From an uncultured Bacteroidota bacterium (GTDB taxonomy: Bacteria; Bacteroidota; Bacteroidia; Flavobacteriales; Flavobacteriaceae), in NCBI GenBank assembly GCA_902536935.1, contig CACAZM010000001.1:22013-86012 (forward strand): a stretch of DNA of 64,000 nt, read 5' to 3'. Shown here in pieces: positions 46,875 through 57,498 of this stretch; the first letter of the stretch is position 1; each line of letters opens with the position of its first letter. The notes beneath the pieces are model-generated. The model was not told where the DNA came from. It did not search any database and worked only from the letters and a program-made list of their open reading frames with translations. Position numbers and translations under genes: made by a program.

Positions 46875-48563
46875 ATGAAAACGTATATTTTCATCATTCT
46901 ACTAATCGCCGCTCAGCTGTATTCACAAGACCGAATTACTGGAGAGCTTTTTGCGACACGGTCGGAAGTCATTGCCCAAAATGGTATGGTGGCTTCAAGC
47001 CATCCTCTTGCTACACAAATTGGAATTGATGTCCTGAAAAAAGGAGGGAATGCCATTGACGCTGCCATTGCTGTAAATGCAGCTTTGGGGCTCATGGAGC
47101 CAACTGGCTGTGGGATAGGTGGTGATCTATTTGCCATTGTTTGGGATCCAAAAACAAAAAAACTACATGGCTTAAATGCCAGTGGCCCTTCACCCCAGTC
47201 GCTTAGTTTAGATTTTTTCCTTGAAAACAATTACGAAGGTATCCCCTATTACGGCGCTTTGTCTGTCAGCGTTCCAGGAGCAGTTGCGGGTTGGATTGCC
47301 TTGCACGATAAGTTTGGCAATCTTACAATGGATCAAATCCTCTCCCCTGCGATACACTATGCCGAAAATGGTTTTCCACTTACCGAGCTCATCGCATATT
47401 ATATGCAACGATCAGTTCAACGATTTATTAGAGCCGATTACCCAAATATCATAGAAACCTATATGGAACCAAATGGTGGAAAACTACCAATTGAAGGTGA
47501 GATTTTCAAAAACCCGCTTTTAGCCCAAACCTACAAAACCATAGCAAAAAAAGGGAAACAGGGATTTTACAGAGGGAAAGTCGCTCGTGCGATTGCAAAA
47601 GATGTACAACAACAGGGCGGGTTTTTGACCACAGCAGATTTATCTTCTTTTGAAGTGGAGTGGGTTGACCCCGTATCGATCAACTACAGGGGATACGATG
47701 TTTGGGAACTTCCTCCAAACGCACAGGGGATAGCCGCACTGCAAATACTCAAAATTTTAGAGGGTTATGACTTTTCAAAAATAGATTTTGGAAGTGATGA
47801 GCATATCCACCTGTTTACCGAAGCAAAGAAACTTGCTTTTGAAGACCGCGCCAAATTCTATGCAGATATGACCTTTGCAGATGTTCCTATCGAAACATTA
47901 TTAAGTGAATCTTATGCCAATCAAAGAAGAGCGTTAATCAAAGAGAAAGCGTCGATGTATTCCGCAGGACAAATCAGTGCGGGCGAAACGATTTATATGA
48001 CTGTTGCGGACAAGGATGGGTATATGGTGTCTTTGATCCAAAGCAATTACTTTGGTATGGGTTCAGGCGTTGTGCCAGAAGGAGTCGGTTTTATGCTTCA
48101 AAATCGCGGTGCTTTATTTAGTTTAGATGAAAATCACGCTAATGTCTACGCACCCAGCAAACGCCCTTTTCACACAATTATTCCTGCTTTCGTCACAAAA
48201 GACGATTCACCCTTTTTGAGTTTTGGCGTCATGGGAGGGGATTTTCAGCCTCAAGGTCATTCGCAGATTGTGATGAACATTATTGACTTTGGAATGAACA
48301 CGCAAGAAGCTGGCGATGCCCCAAGGTGGGATCATAAAGGATCTTCCAGCCCAAGGGGAAGTCAAGCTAAAAACAATGGAAAAATCCGTGTGGAAGACGG
48401 AATTCCATATAAAACAATACGCCAGCTTATGTCTCGCGGACATAATGTCGGATTTGCCTTAGGAGAATTTGGAGGGTATCAAGCAATCTTGTGGGACGAA
48501 AAAAACCAAGTGTATCGCGGTGCTTCCGAAAGCAGAAAAGACGGACAAGTCAGTGGATATTAA
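46875..48563 (+). CDS. ggt: Gamma-glutamyltransferase (periplasmic, Ntn hydrolase)
   Basis: Signal peptide from the ATG at 46875, with GGT motifs (GGNAIDAAIA, GIGGDLFA, FGVMGGDFQPQGH). 562 aa. Confidence 0.9.
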   Translation: MKTYIFIILLIAAQLYSQDRITGELFATRSEVIAQNGMVASSHPLATQIGIDVLKKGGNAIDAAIAVNAALGLMEPTGCGIGGDLFAIVWDPKTKKLHGLNASGPSPQSLSLDFFLENNYEGIPYYGALSVSVPGAVAGWIALHDKFGNLTMDQILSPAIHYAENGFPLTELIAYYMQRSVQRFIRADYPNIIETYMEPNGGKLPIEGEIFKNPLLAQTYKTIAKKGKQGFYRGKVARAIAKDVQQQGGFLTTADLSSFEVEWVDPVSINYRGYDVWELPPNAQGIAALQILKILEGYDFSKIDFGSDEHIHLFTEAKKLAFEDRAKFYADMTFADVPIETLLSESYANQRRALIKEKASMYSAGQISAGETIYMTVADKDGYMVSLIQSNYFGMGSGVVPEGVGFMLQNRGALFSLDENHANVYAPSKRPFHTIIPAFVTKDDSPFLSFGVMGGDFQPQGHSQIVMNIIDFGMNTQEAGDAPRWDHKGSSSPRGSQAKNNGKIRVEDGIPYKTIRQLMSRGHNVGFALGEFGGYQAILWDEKNQVYRGASESRKDGQVSGY

Positions 48564-48586
48564 AACTTAATATTAACATTGAGGGC

Positions 48587-50719
48587 ATGAAAAAAATCAT
48601 TCTATTTATAATTGCTCTCGCAAGTACAAAATGCACAACTGAAATGCAACAACCACCGATCGCCAAACAAGTCCCAAAATCTTTGGAAATTCACGATGAC
48701 AAACGCGTCGATCCCTATTTTTGGATGCGTTTGAGTGATGTGCAAAAAGAATCCGAACAAGCAGACAGTCAGACTCAGGATGTGCTAGATTATCTCCATG
48801 CAGAGAACAACTACCTGAAAAAAGTGATGAAGCCTACGGAAAAACTCCAAGAAACAATTTATGAAGAAATTATTGGTCGAATCAAGCAAGATGATTCCTC
48901 GGTTCCCGTCACGGTGAATGGCTACACCTACTACACCCGATTCGAACAAGGACAAGACTATCCTTATTATTGTCGGAAAAAAGCTGTCGAGGACAGTTAC
49001 GAAGAGGTGATGCTAGATGTTACTAAAATGGCTGAAGGCTTTGCTTATTATTCAATTGGCGGTCGAAGTGTGAGCGAAAACAATCGCATTCTTGCCTATG
49101 GCGTAGATACGGTTTCCAGAAGGGAATACACCTTGTATTTTAAGAACTTAGAAACGGGAGAATTACTCGACGACAAAATCGAAAATACCACTGGTGGAAT
49201 CACCTGGGCAAATGACAACAAAACCGTTTTTTATGTCAAAAAAGACCCTGTAACGCTTCGTGCAAATCAGATTTTTAAACACCAATTGGGAACGGACGTC
49301 AGTTCGGATGAGCTCGTTTATGAAGAAACCGATGAGACCTTTTCATGTTGGGTTTCAAAAACCAAATCACGGAAGTTTTTGATGATTGCGACAAGTCAGA
49401 CCCTTTCCACAGAGTATCGGTTTTTAGATGCCAATACTCCAGATGGAAACTGGCAAGTGATTCACCCGCGGGAACGAGATCTCGAATACTTTGTTGATCA
49501 TTACAAAGATGATTTTTACATCATCACAAACGATCAAGCCAAAAACTTCCGTTTGATGAATACCCCTGTTGACCATCCGCAAAAATCAAATTGGACAGAG
49601 CTGATTGCGCATCGCAATGATGTGTTGTTAGAAGACATCGAAATTTTTACAGATCACCTTGTTGTCAATGAGCGGCACAATGGACTTACACGCCTTCGCA
49701 TCATAAAATGGAAAGATCAAACTGAGCATTATATCTCTTTCGATGACCCAACCTATGCTGCTTGGATTTCTGTAAACCCAGAGTTCAACGCAACCCAGCT
49801 TCGTTTTGGATACAGTTCATTGACCACCCCAACATCGATTTACGATTACGAATTAAACAACAAAGAAAAGACACTCAAAAAACAGGATGAAGTATTAGGT
49901 GAAAAATTCGATACACAAAACTATCGTTCAGAACGTATATTGGCACCTAGCCGAGATGGGAAAACAAAAATTCCCATTTCTATAGTCTACCACAAAGACT
50001 TTAAAAAATCAGGGGACGAACCGTTGCTTCTGTACGGCTATGGCTCCTATGGAAATACGATTGACCCTTGGTTTAGTTCAGCACGATTAAGTTTGCTAGA
50101 TCGTGGTTTTGCCTTTGCTATTGCACACATTCGTGGGGGGCAGAATCTAGGTCGTCCTTGGTACGAGGATGGAAAGCTGCTAAAGAAGAAAAACACATTT
50201 TACGATTTCATGGACGTTGGGAGTCATTTGGTGCAGGAAGGCTTTACTTCAACTGATCATTTGTATGCTCAAGGAGGTAGTGCAGGTGGCTTGCTAATCG
50301 GGGCTGTGATCAATATGGCACCCGACCTGTGGAATGGCGCTATTGCGGCGGTTCCTTTTGTCGATGTGGTCTCTACCATGCTTGACGAAACAATTCCACT
50401 TACGACCTTTGAGTTTGACGAATGGGGAAACCCAAAAGAAAAGGAATATTACTACTATATGAAGTCTTATTCTCCTTATGATAATGTCGAAGCTAAAGAT
50501 TACCCGAATCTGCTGATTACAACCGGCTATTGGGATAGTCAGGTGCAATATTGGGAACCCGCCAAATGGATTGCCAAACTTAGAGCAACGAAAACAGATA
50601 ACAATTTGTTGTTGATGGATTGCAATATGGAGGTCGGTCACGGTGGTGCTTCTGGTCGTTTTAAGCGATTTAGAGAAGTTGCCCTGTCTTACGCTTTTTT
50701 ACTACACCTTGAAAAATAA
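48587..50719 (+). CDS. ptrB: S9-family serine peptidase, oligopeptidase B (protease II)-like
   Basis: N-terminal beta-propeller with RVDPYFWMR and a catalytic domain with GGSAGGLL (Ser), later Asp and His (EVGHGG). Signal/lipoprotein-like start at the ATG at 48587. Confidence 0.85.
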   Translation: MKKIILFIIALASTKCTTEMQQPPIAKQVPKSLEIHDDKRVDPYFWMRLSDVQKESEQADSQTQDVLDYLHAENNYLKKVMKPTEKLQETIYEEIIGRIKQDDSSVPVTVNGYTYYTRFEQGQDYPYYCRKKAVEDSYEEVMLDVTKMAEGFAYYSIGGRSVSENNRILAYGVDTVSRREYTLYFKNLETGELLDDKIENTTGGITWANDNKTVFYVKKDPVTLRANQIFKHQLGTDVSSDELVYEETDETFSCWVSKTKSRKFLMIATSQTLSTEYRFLDANTPDGNWQVIHPRERDLEYFVDHYKDDFYIITNDQAKNFRLMNTPVDHPQKSNWTELIAHRNDVLLEDIEIFTDHLVVNERHNGLTRLRIIKWKDQTEHYISFDDPTYAAWISVNPEFNATQLRFGYSSLTTPTSIYDYELNNKEKTLKKQDEVLGEKFDTQNYRSERILAPSRDGKTKIPISIVYHKDFKKSGDEPLLLYGYGSYGNTIDPWFSSARLSLLDRGFAFAIAHIRGGQNLGRPWYEDGKLLKKKNTFYDFMDVGSHLVQEGFTSTDHLYAQGGSAGGLLIGAVINMAPDLWNGAIAAVPFVDVVSTMLDETIPLTTFEFDEWGNPKEKEYYYYMKSYSPYDNVEAKDYPNLLITTGYWDSQVQYWEPAKWIAKLRATKTDNNLLLMDCNMEVGHGGASGRFKRFREVALSYAFLLHLEK

Positions 50720-50777
50720 ATGTGTTTTTTGTAACCTTTTAGTTCTGCTCTTCGTATAATTAACGTAAAATAATAGT

Positions 50778-51641
50778 ATGAGACAGCTGAAAATTACAAA
50801 ACAGGTTACCAACAGGGAAACCGCTTCACTTGACAAGTATCTACAAGAAATTGGAAAGGTAGATTTGATTACAGCCGAAGAGGAAGTAGAACTTGCCCAA
50901 CGCATCAGATCTGGAGACCAAATTGCGCTTGAAAAGTTGACAAAGGCGAACTTGCGATTTGTGGTCTCTGTGGCCAAGCAATATCAAAATCAGGGTCTCA
51001 CACTTCCAGACTTGATCAACGAAGGGAACCTAGGTTTGATCAAAGCCGCTAAACGATTTGACGAAACCCGTGGTTTTAAATTTATTTCTTATGCCGTTTG
51101 GTGGATTCGTCAATCGATTCTACAAGCGCTCGCAGAGCAGTCGAGAATTGTACGATTACCGCTTAACAAAATTGGGTCGATCAATAAAATCAACAAGACC
51201 TATGCATACCTAGAGCAAGCCCATGAAAGGATGCCTTCTGCCGAAGAGATTGCAAAAGAACTCGATATGACTGTTTCTGACGTAAAGGAATCGATGAAAA
51301 ATACTGGTCGTCACGTATCTATGGATGCACCACTAGTAGAGGGTGAAGATTCCAACTTATATGATGTACTTCGTAGTGGAGAATCGCCAAACCCAGATCG
51401 TGAATTGTTGCACGAGTCATTACGAACAGAAATTAGCCGTGCTCTTGAGACCCTAACGCCAAGAGAATCTGATGTGGTTCGTCTTTATTTTGGACTGGGT
51501 AACCAACACCCGATGACACTTGAAGAAATTGGAGAAACCTTTGACTTGACTCGCGAGCGTGTTCGTCAAATCAAAGAAAAGGCAATCCGTCGATTAAAAC
51601 ACACTTCCAGAAGTAAAATATTGAAAACCTATCTCGGGTAA
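50778..51641 (+). CDS. rpoD: Primary RNA polymerase sigma factor (Bacteroidota short sigma-70, no region 1.1)
   Basis: Regions 2-4 are present ([45 protein letters not shown]), 287 aa. Confidence 0.95.
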   Translation: MRQLKITKQVTNRETASLDKYLQEIGKVDLITAEEEVELAQRIRSGDQIALEKLTKANLRFVVSVAKQYQNQGLTLPDLINEGNLGLIKAAKRFDETRGFKFISYAVWWIRQSILQALAEQSRIVRLPLNKIGSINKINKTYAYLEQAHERMPSAEEIAKELDMTVSDVKESMKNTGRHVSMDAPLVEGEDSNLYDVLRSGESPNPDRELLHESLRTEISRALETLTPRESDVVRLYFGLGNQHPMTLEEIGETFDLTRERVRQIKEKAIRRLKHTSRSKILKTYLG

Positions 51642-52306
51642 TGAGTGACAAAAAGCTTATTGCTCCTTCACTGCTTGCCGCTGACTTTAGCAATTTAGCT
51701 CATGATATTGAGATGGTAAATAAAAGTGATGCAGACTGGTTCCACTTAGATATAATGGATGGTGTTTTTGTTCCAAATATCTCTTTTGGAATGCCTGTCA
51801 TCAAAGCGATGGCAAAACATACAAAAAAACCACTTGATGTCCATCTGATGATTGTAGAACCCGATCGCTACATCCAAACCTTTGCCGATTTAGGAGCAAA
51901 TGTACTAACCGTTCACGTTGAGGCCTGCACTCACTTGCACAGGAGCTTACAGTCGATCAAAGCAGCAGGGATGAAAGCTGGTGTAGCGTTAAACCCTCAT
52001 ACGCCAGTTGCATCTCTATCACATATCATCGAGGATATTGATTTGGTATGTTTGATGAGTGTAAACCCTGGTTTTGGTGGCCAATCGTTTATAGAAGCCA
52101 CCTATGAAAAAGTTTGTGAATTACGAAATATAATCGATGAGAACAAGGGAAGCACACTTATCGAAATCGATGGGGGTGTTAGCGATCAAAATGCAAGTCA
52201 GTTGATAGCAGCAGGTGCCGATGTTTTGGTCGCGGGCAGTTATGTGTTTTCAGCAACTGAACCAGCGAGCACTATCGCAAACTTATCTGCTCAGGTCAAT
52301 TCATAA
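51641..52306 (+). CDS. rpe: Ribulose-phosphate 3-epimerase
   Basis: PSLLAADF, HLDIMDG, MSVNPGFGGQ and DGGV motifs. The start overlaps the rpoD stop (TAATG). Confidence 0.95.
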   Translation: MSDKKLIAPSLLAADFSNLAHDIEMVNKSDADWFHLDIMDGVFVPNISFGMPVIKAMAKHTKKPLDVHLMIVEPDRYIQTFADLGANVLTVHVEACTHLHRSLQSIKAAGMKAGVALNPHTPVASLSHIIEDIDLVCLMSVNPGFGGQSFIEATYEKVCELRNIIDENKGSTLIEIDGGVSDQNASQLIAAGADVLVAGSYVFSATEPASTIANLSAQVNS

Positions 52307-52310
52307 AACA

Positions 52311-53354
52311 ATGTCTGTTGTTCTAGGACTGATGAGCGGCACTTCTTTGGATGGGCTAGATCTTTGCTGTGTTAGTTTTGCTGACAATCACGATGACTTT
52401 TGTATTCTTGCTGTCCAAACCGTTCCTTACTCTGCCATATGGAAATCCAAACTCGAAAATGCATTCTATGCCACGACAACGGAAGTCAATGCGCTTGACA
52501 AAGAGTATGGAGTTTTTTTGGGTGAACATATTACTGACTTTATCAACACACATTCGCTCCCCCCTATTGATTTGATTGCTTCCCACGGACATACTGTTTT
52601 TCATCAACCCGATAGAGGGATCACTAAACAAATTGGATCGGGTAAAGAAATTGCCAAACACACAGGTATACAAGTGGTTTATGATTTTAGAACCCAAGAT
52701 GTTGTTTTGGGTGGGCAAGGAGCTCCTCTCGTTCCCATTGGCGATGTTATACTTTTTAACGAATATGATGCCTGTTTGAATCTGGGTGGATTTGCCAACG
52801 TATCCTTTGATATGCAAAACAGTCGTATTGCCTATGATATTGGAGCCTGTAACCTCATCCTCAATCATTTTGCCCAAAAACTTGGCTATGAATACGACGA
52901 CCAGGGGTTTATCGCCCAGATGGGAACTTGTGATGAATCGTTGCTAAATAAGTTGAACAATATTGACTACTATTGTTTCAATCCGCCAAAGTCTTTGGCT
53001 AGAGAGTTTGCCGAGTCCCAGCTTCTGCCTTTACTCTCAGACCACGACGAAAAAATAGTGCTACACACCTATATAAAACATCTTGGTTTTCAAATCGGTA
53101 TGTCCTTGACAAAAAGTAAAGCAACTAAATGCTTGGTTACTGGAGGTGGAACACATAATCGTTTTCTCATCGAACAAATACAACAGCATACGAACTGTTT
53201 TCTGAAAATCCCCGACCACACGATTGTGAATTACAAAGAAGCGTTAGTCTTTGCACTATTAGGACTTTTGCGAAAAGAAAATCAAATCAATGTGTTGTCT
53301 AGCGTAACAGGAGCTAAGCACGATCACAGTTCTGGCCGCATAGCAAAGCCATAG
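52311..53354 (+). CDS. anmK: Anhydro-N-acetylmuramic acid kinase
   Basis: GLMSGTSLDGLD N-terminus, DFRTQDVVLGGQGAPLVP, and a GGGTHN motif. 347 aa from the ATG at 52311. Confidence 0.9.
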   Translation: MSVVLGLMSGTSLDGLDLCCVSFADNHDDFCILAVQTVPYSAIWKSKLENAFYATTTEVNALDKEYGVFLGEHITDFINTHSLPPIDLIASHGHTVFHQPDRGITKQIGSGKEIAKHTGIQVVYDFRTQDVVLGGQGAPLVPIGDVILFNEYDACLNLGGFANVSFDMQNSRIAYDIGACNLILNHFAQKLGYEYDDQGFIAQMGTCDESLLNKLNNIDYYCFNPPKSLAREFAESQLLPLLSDHDEKIVLHTYIKHLGFQIGMSLTKSKATKCLVTGGGTHNRFLIEQIQQHTNCFLKIPDHTIVNYKEALVFALLGLLRKENQINVLSSVTGAKHDHSSGRIAKP

Positions 53355-53405
53355 TCATTACCTAAAAAATTGTAAATTCATAGACAAATTTTAACGAACT
53401 GATCT

Positions 53406-55166
53406 ATGAAACTTTATCAAACTTTAATCACAGTTACACTACTCTTTTTTTCTTGTAGCACCTCTGACGTAAAAGATCAACTCTACCAACTCATGAACGA
53501 TTACCATCAGCAGGCGTTAAAACTGTATCCGCTGAATGCTACCTACCAAGGCGATAATAGGTACAATGATTATTTACCCAATTCTCTTTCAGATGAATTT
53601 ATGGCAAAAGAAAAAAAGTTCTACTCCACTACCCTCAAAAAACTCAATTCTCTTGATGAAGTAAGTCTAGGCGAAGTAGATTTGTTGAGTAAAAAGGTGC
53701 TTGCTTGGGAGTGTGATATCAACCTAAAAAGATTGGAATTCCCAATCCATCACTTGCCAATCAATCAGATGTGGACCCTTCAGCTTACCATTGGGCAGTT
53801 GGCTGGCGGAAGTAGTGCACAGCCCTTTGATTCAATAGAAGACTATGAGAACTGGCTAAAACGCGTAGATGATTATTTGGTTTGGCTAAACTCCGCTGAG
53901 CGACGAATGAAAGAGGGAGTCGAAAAAGAGATTGTATTGCCGAAATCACTGATCAAAAAAGTCGTTCCTCAATTGGCTGCCATTGCTTTGACTGATCTAG
54001 AGGATCATTTATTTTATGGCCCTATTCGCAAAATTCCAGAAAGCTTTTCAGAAGAAGATAAAATACGGATGACTGCAGCGTACACCTCAATGATTGAAGA
54101 CAAAGTAAAACCTGCATATCTACAAATCCATAACTTCATGAAAGGAGAGTATATGGAAGCAGGGCGATTGACCAGTGGATTTGATGCCTATCCGTTTGGA
54201 GAAGACTATTACGACTATGCTATTCAGCTATACACAACAACATCAATGAGTGCTGAAGAAATCCATGAGTTGGGCTTGCGTGAAGTCGCACGTATACGCT
54301 CTGAGATGGAAAAAGTAAAAAAACAGGTGGGTTTTACAGGAGATTTAAACGCCTTTTTTGACCACGTAAGAACCCTACCACAACTTGTCCCGTTCAATGA
54401 CCCTCAACAAGTGATAGAAAATTTCAATGCGATTCATGATAAGATGAAATCAAATGTGGATTTATTGTTTTCACTCCAACCAAAAACAGCTTTTGAAGTG
54501 CGTCGTACAGAAGCTTTCCGTGAAAAATCGGCAAGTGCAGAATACAGTCCAGGGTCGCTAGATGGCACAAGACCAGGGATTTTTTATGTGCCCATTCCAG
54601 ATGTAACCAAATACAATATCTTTTCTGACGAAGACCTGTTTTTACACGAAGCGATTCCCGGGCATCATTTCCAAATCGCTTTACAACAAGAAAACACTGC
54701 CTTGCCTGATTTTAGAAAAACACTGTGGTACAGCTCCTATGGTGAGGGCTGGGCATTATATTGCGAATCCCTCGGAAAGGATCTTGGATTGTATGACGAC
54801 CCCTATCAATATTTTGGGATGCTTAGTGCCGAAATGCATCGTGCAATCCGACTAGTTGTGGATACTGGACTACACACTAAAGGATGGACTAGAGAAGATG
54901 CTATCGCTTATTCCTTGGCCAATGAGGCAGAGCCAGAGGCGGCTATCATCTCTGAAATAGAACGATATATGGCGAATCCAGGACAAGCATTGTCTTATAA
55001 AATTGGACAGCTCAAAATTCTTGAATTAAAGGAAAATGCCAGCCAGACACTAGCTGGTTCTTTTTCAATAAATACTTTCCATGAAAAGGTTCTAGAAACT
55101 GGGTGTATACCTTTGGCTCTATTGGAAGAAAAGATACAAAGCTGGACAAAGAATTCTTTAAACTAA
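53406..55166 (+). CDS. DUF885-family secreted/lipoprotein (putative metallopeptidase fold)
   Basis: Signal peptide with Cys (LFFSC), HEAIPGHHFQ and EGWALYCE motifs typical of DUF885, 586 aa. Confidence 0.8.
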   Translation: MKLYQTLITVTLLFFSCSTSDVKDQLYQLMNDYHQQALKLYPLNATYQGDNRYNDYLPNSLSDEFMAKEKKFYSTTLKKLNSLDEVSLGEVDLLSKKVLAWECDINLKRLEFPIHHLPINQMWTLQLTIGQLAGGSSAQPFDSIEDYENWLKRVDDYLVWLNSAERRMKEGVEKEIVLPKSLIKKVVPQLAAIALTDLEDHLFYGPIRKIPESFSEEDKIRMTAAYTSMIEDKVKPAYLQIHNFMKGEYMEAGRLTSGFDAYPFGEDYYDYAIQLYTTTSMSAEEIHELGLREVARIRSEMEKVKKQVGFTGDLNAFFDHVRTLPQLVPFNDPQQVIENFNAIHDKMKSNVDLLFSLQPKTAFEVRRTEAFREKSASAEYSPGSLDGTRPGIFYVPIPDVTKYNIFSDEDLFLHEAIPGHHFQIALQQENTALPDFRKTLWYSSYGEGWALYCESLGKDLGLYDDPYQYFGMLSAEMHRAIRLVVDTGLHTKGWTREDAIAYSLANEAEPEAAIISEIERYMANPGQALSYKIGQLKILELKENASQTLAGSFSINTFHEKVLETGCIPLALLEEKIQSWTKNSLN

Positions 55167-55311
55167 AAGTAGCTAAAAATATTCCCTTAAATAAAAATTT
55201 ATCTTGGAAATAATTTTCTGATCTAAATCTACAGTACGTAAACCTATTTAAATATTTTCAGTGTTATTTGATTTAAAAAATTTATATCTTTCAGTAAATA
55301 ATTCAATCAAA

Positions 55312-56079
55312 ATGAAAAAAACAATAACTCTTTTAATCTTAATTCTTTCATATTCCCTAAGTGCTCAAACCTGGGGAAATAGAGAATATTGGATATCTTA
55401 TGAATATACCCCAAAAGCAGATCAAATATCTGAATTTGAAAAAGCAGTGAAAGAAAAAACAAATAAATGGAACACCAATTTAGAAACTGCAATTTTTACG
55501 TTTGAAGTTGTGAATGGACCTAATTCTGGAACCTATGAAAGATGGGTTACTAGAAAAGACCGATCCTTTTTTGACCAAGACTTCTCAAAAGAAATTGAAT
55601 ATTGGAAAAAAAATGTAGGAAAGTATATCAGTGATCAAAGTGGTCAACAAACCTGGAGAATTTTTAAAGGAGCATCATACGGTTGGGATGCTGAAAATAC
55701 TAGTATTAATAAGTTTTATCAACAAAACAGAGTTGTGGTAAAAGCGGGAATGACAGCCCAGTTTTTGCGCGCACATGAAAGAATGGCAAAGTTGATGGAT
55801 GCATTAAATTATTCTGGAAATAGAGCAGTTTTTCGAATTGTGAATGGAGGAAACACAAGAGAATTTGCTGTAGTGTACGGATTTGATCAGCATGGTGGAG
55901 ATGGCAGTGGCACATGGACTGACCTTCCCGAAGATTCTTCACTTCAAGACGCTTATAATGAAATGTTTGGTTATGAAGCTTGGACAACAGACTGGCAGGC
56001 AAGTTCAGAAGCTATTGAATTATGGGGGAATCTTGCTCAAAAAACACGATTTAGGCCTGAGCTCTCTACAAAACTGTAA
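55312..56079 (+). CDS. Secreted hypothetical protein with an internal two-fold repeat
   Basis: Signal peptide MKKTITLLILILSYSLSAQ (the track start at 55261 is a GTG). Two ~110-aa halves share a visible pattern (..KA....F..A.......AiF..VNG.N...). I recognise no family. Confidence 0.55.
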   Translation: MKKTITLLILILSYSLSAQTWGNREYWISYEYTPKADQISEFEKAVKEKTNKWNTNLETAIFTFEVVNGPNSGTYERWVTRKDRSFFDQDFSKEIEYWKKNVGKYISDQSGQQTWRIFKGASYGWDAENTSINKFYQQNRVVVKAGMTAQFLRAHERMAKLMDALNYSGNRAVFRIVNGGNTREFAVVYGFDQHGGDGSGTWTDLPEDSSLQDAYNEMFGYEAWTTDWQASSEAIELWGNLAQKTRFRPELSTKL

Positions 56080-56093
56080 TTTTTTTTAATTAC

Positions 56094-56125
56094 AAAAGCC
56101 CACTTTTAGTGGGCTTATTTTTTTA
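56094..56125. terminator. Bidirectional intrinsic terminator
   Basis: aagcccac (56096-56103) / gtgggctt (56109-56116), an 8-bp stem with a 5-nt loop. It is flanked by an A-rich run upstream and T8 downstream, so it can terminate both converging transcription units. Confidence 0.75.
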
Positions 56126-56308
56126 ATGCTTATCAACCTCCACTTGCACCACCATCGCCAAACCCGCCACCAACGAAGCCACCCCCAAAACCATCTCCTC
56201 AGCCAGAGCTTGAAAATGGACTTGAAAACCTTTCTCAAGGGTGATATATACCACCATCATTAAAAGCATAATCGCTGTAAATATCGCAATAGATGACATT
56301 CTGACCAT
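56123..56308 (-). CDS. Possible small two-helix membrane protein
   Basis: 61-aa hydrophobic ORF starting 32 nt downstream of the galM stop and ending at the bidirectional terminator. It has no recognisable family and could be non-coding. Confidence 0.3.
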   Translation of the reverse strand: MVRMSSIAIFTAIMLLMMVVYITLEKGFQVHFQALAEEMVLGVASLVAGLAMVVQVEVDKH

Positions 56309-56340
56309 CTAAATTTAATTTAAATACTGTAATAGATTAT

Positions 56341-57498
56341 TTAATATCTAAATGAAGGTTTAGTCGACAGTCTAAAAATTGTTTTTGAATTGTATTTTTC
56401 ACTCGGGTTGAGTCTAACTGATGGAAAATTTTCCTGATTAGGGGAGTTGGGGAAATGTTGAGTTTCCAAACAAAAACCTGTCCTGTTTTGGTATGTGCCA
56501 TTTGATTTATTGGGCAGCGTACCATCAAGAAAATTGCCAGAGTAAAACTGAATTCCAGGTTCATTAGAAAACACTTCAAGAAATCTTCCACTCACTGGTT
56601 CATATGCAGAAGCAACAAAACGCGACCCTTTGCCTTGATCATTCAGCACCCAACAGTGGTCATAGCCCATTCCATTTTCAAGCTGCGTGTTTTCATCACT
56701 GATTTGTTTTCCAATGGGCTTTGGTTTTCTAAAATCAAAAGGGGTTTTATTCACATCCCTAAACTCACCTGTTGGGATTAGTGCATTGTCCACCGGTAAA
56801 AAGGAATCGGCATTGATAAAGATCTCGTGATCTAAAATATTTTGATTGAAGTCTGCTGTTAAGTTGAAATACGAGTGCTGTGTTAGATTAACAATCGTTG
56901 GTTTGTCAGTTGTAGCTTCATAGCTTACACTCAGTTCGTCTTCGTTGTTTAAGGTATAGGTAACTTTTGTTTCTAGGTTTCCAGGATAACCTTCTTCCAT
57001 ATCTTTACTCAGATAACTAAGTTCCAGAGATACTGTTGAGTCGTTAACAATGGTTTTCGCACCCCAAACGACTTTATCAAAACCTTTAAGGCCACCATGA
57101 AGATGGTTGGGTCGATTGTTTGCTACTAGTGTATATTCTTGATCGTCTAACTTAAATTTTCCTTTCGCAATTCGATTACTATAACGACCGATCAGTGCAC
57201 CAAAGTAAGGTGTTTCAGCTTCATATTCAACTAACGTGTTATATCCAAGTACAATATCCTTATAATCTCCATTTTTATCTGGAGCTGTCCATGAAGTTAT
57301 GATTCCACCATAGGTGATGATGCTAACCTCCATTCCTTTATTGTTAGTCAGAATATACTGATCAACATCATTTCCATCAATTGTCTTACCAAATAAGTTT
57401 TTATCTATTGTTAGGATTGGCATTTTTTTGAAAATTTTATTACAACTAATAGAACATATAACTAAAAATAGGACAACTAATGATTTGGTTTTTTTCAT
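56341..57498 (-). CDS. galM: Aldose 1-epimerase (galactose mutarotase family)
   Basis: GGIITSW, NRPNHLHGG, NLTQHSYFNL and GFCLETQHFPNSPN motifs, plus a signal peptide. The ATG at 57498 overlaps the upstream stop (TGATG); the track start at 57501 is a TTG. Confidence 0.9.
   Translation of the reverse strand: MKKTKSLVVLFLVICSISCNKIFKKMPILTIDKNLFGKTIDGNDVDQYILTNNKGMEVSIITYGGIITSWTAPDKNGDYKDIVLGYNTLVEYEAETPYFGALIGRYSNRIAKGKFKLDDQEYTLVANNRPNHLHGGLKGFDKVVWGAKTIVNDSTVSLELSYLSKDMEEGYPGNLETKVTYTLNNEDELSVSYEATTDKPTIVNLTQHSYFNLTADFNQNILDHEIFINADSFLPVDNALIPTGEFRDVNKTPFDFRKPKPIGKQISDENTQLENGMGYDHCWVLNDQGKGSRFVASAYEPVSGRFLEVFSNEPGIQFYSGNFLDGTLPNKSNGTYQNRTGFCLETQHFPNSPNQENFPSVRLNPSEKYNSKTIFRLSTKPSFRY

Noticed and set aside
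56126-56263. Plus-strand 45-aa His-rich ORF (MLINLHLHHHRQTRHQRSHPQNH...YHHH).
   Set aside because: It starts immediately after a strong terminator with no promoter-like element. It is the mirror image of a hydrophobic minus-strand ORF that fits the operon layout better. The His codons (CAC/CAT) are simply the complement of Val/Met codons.
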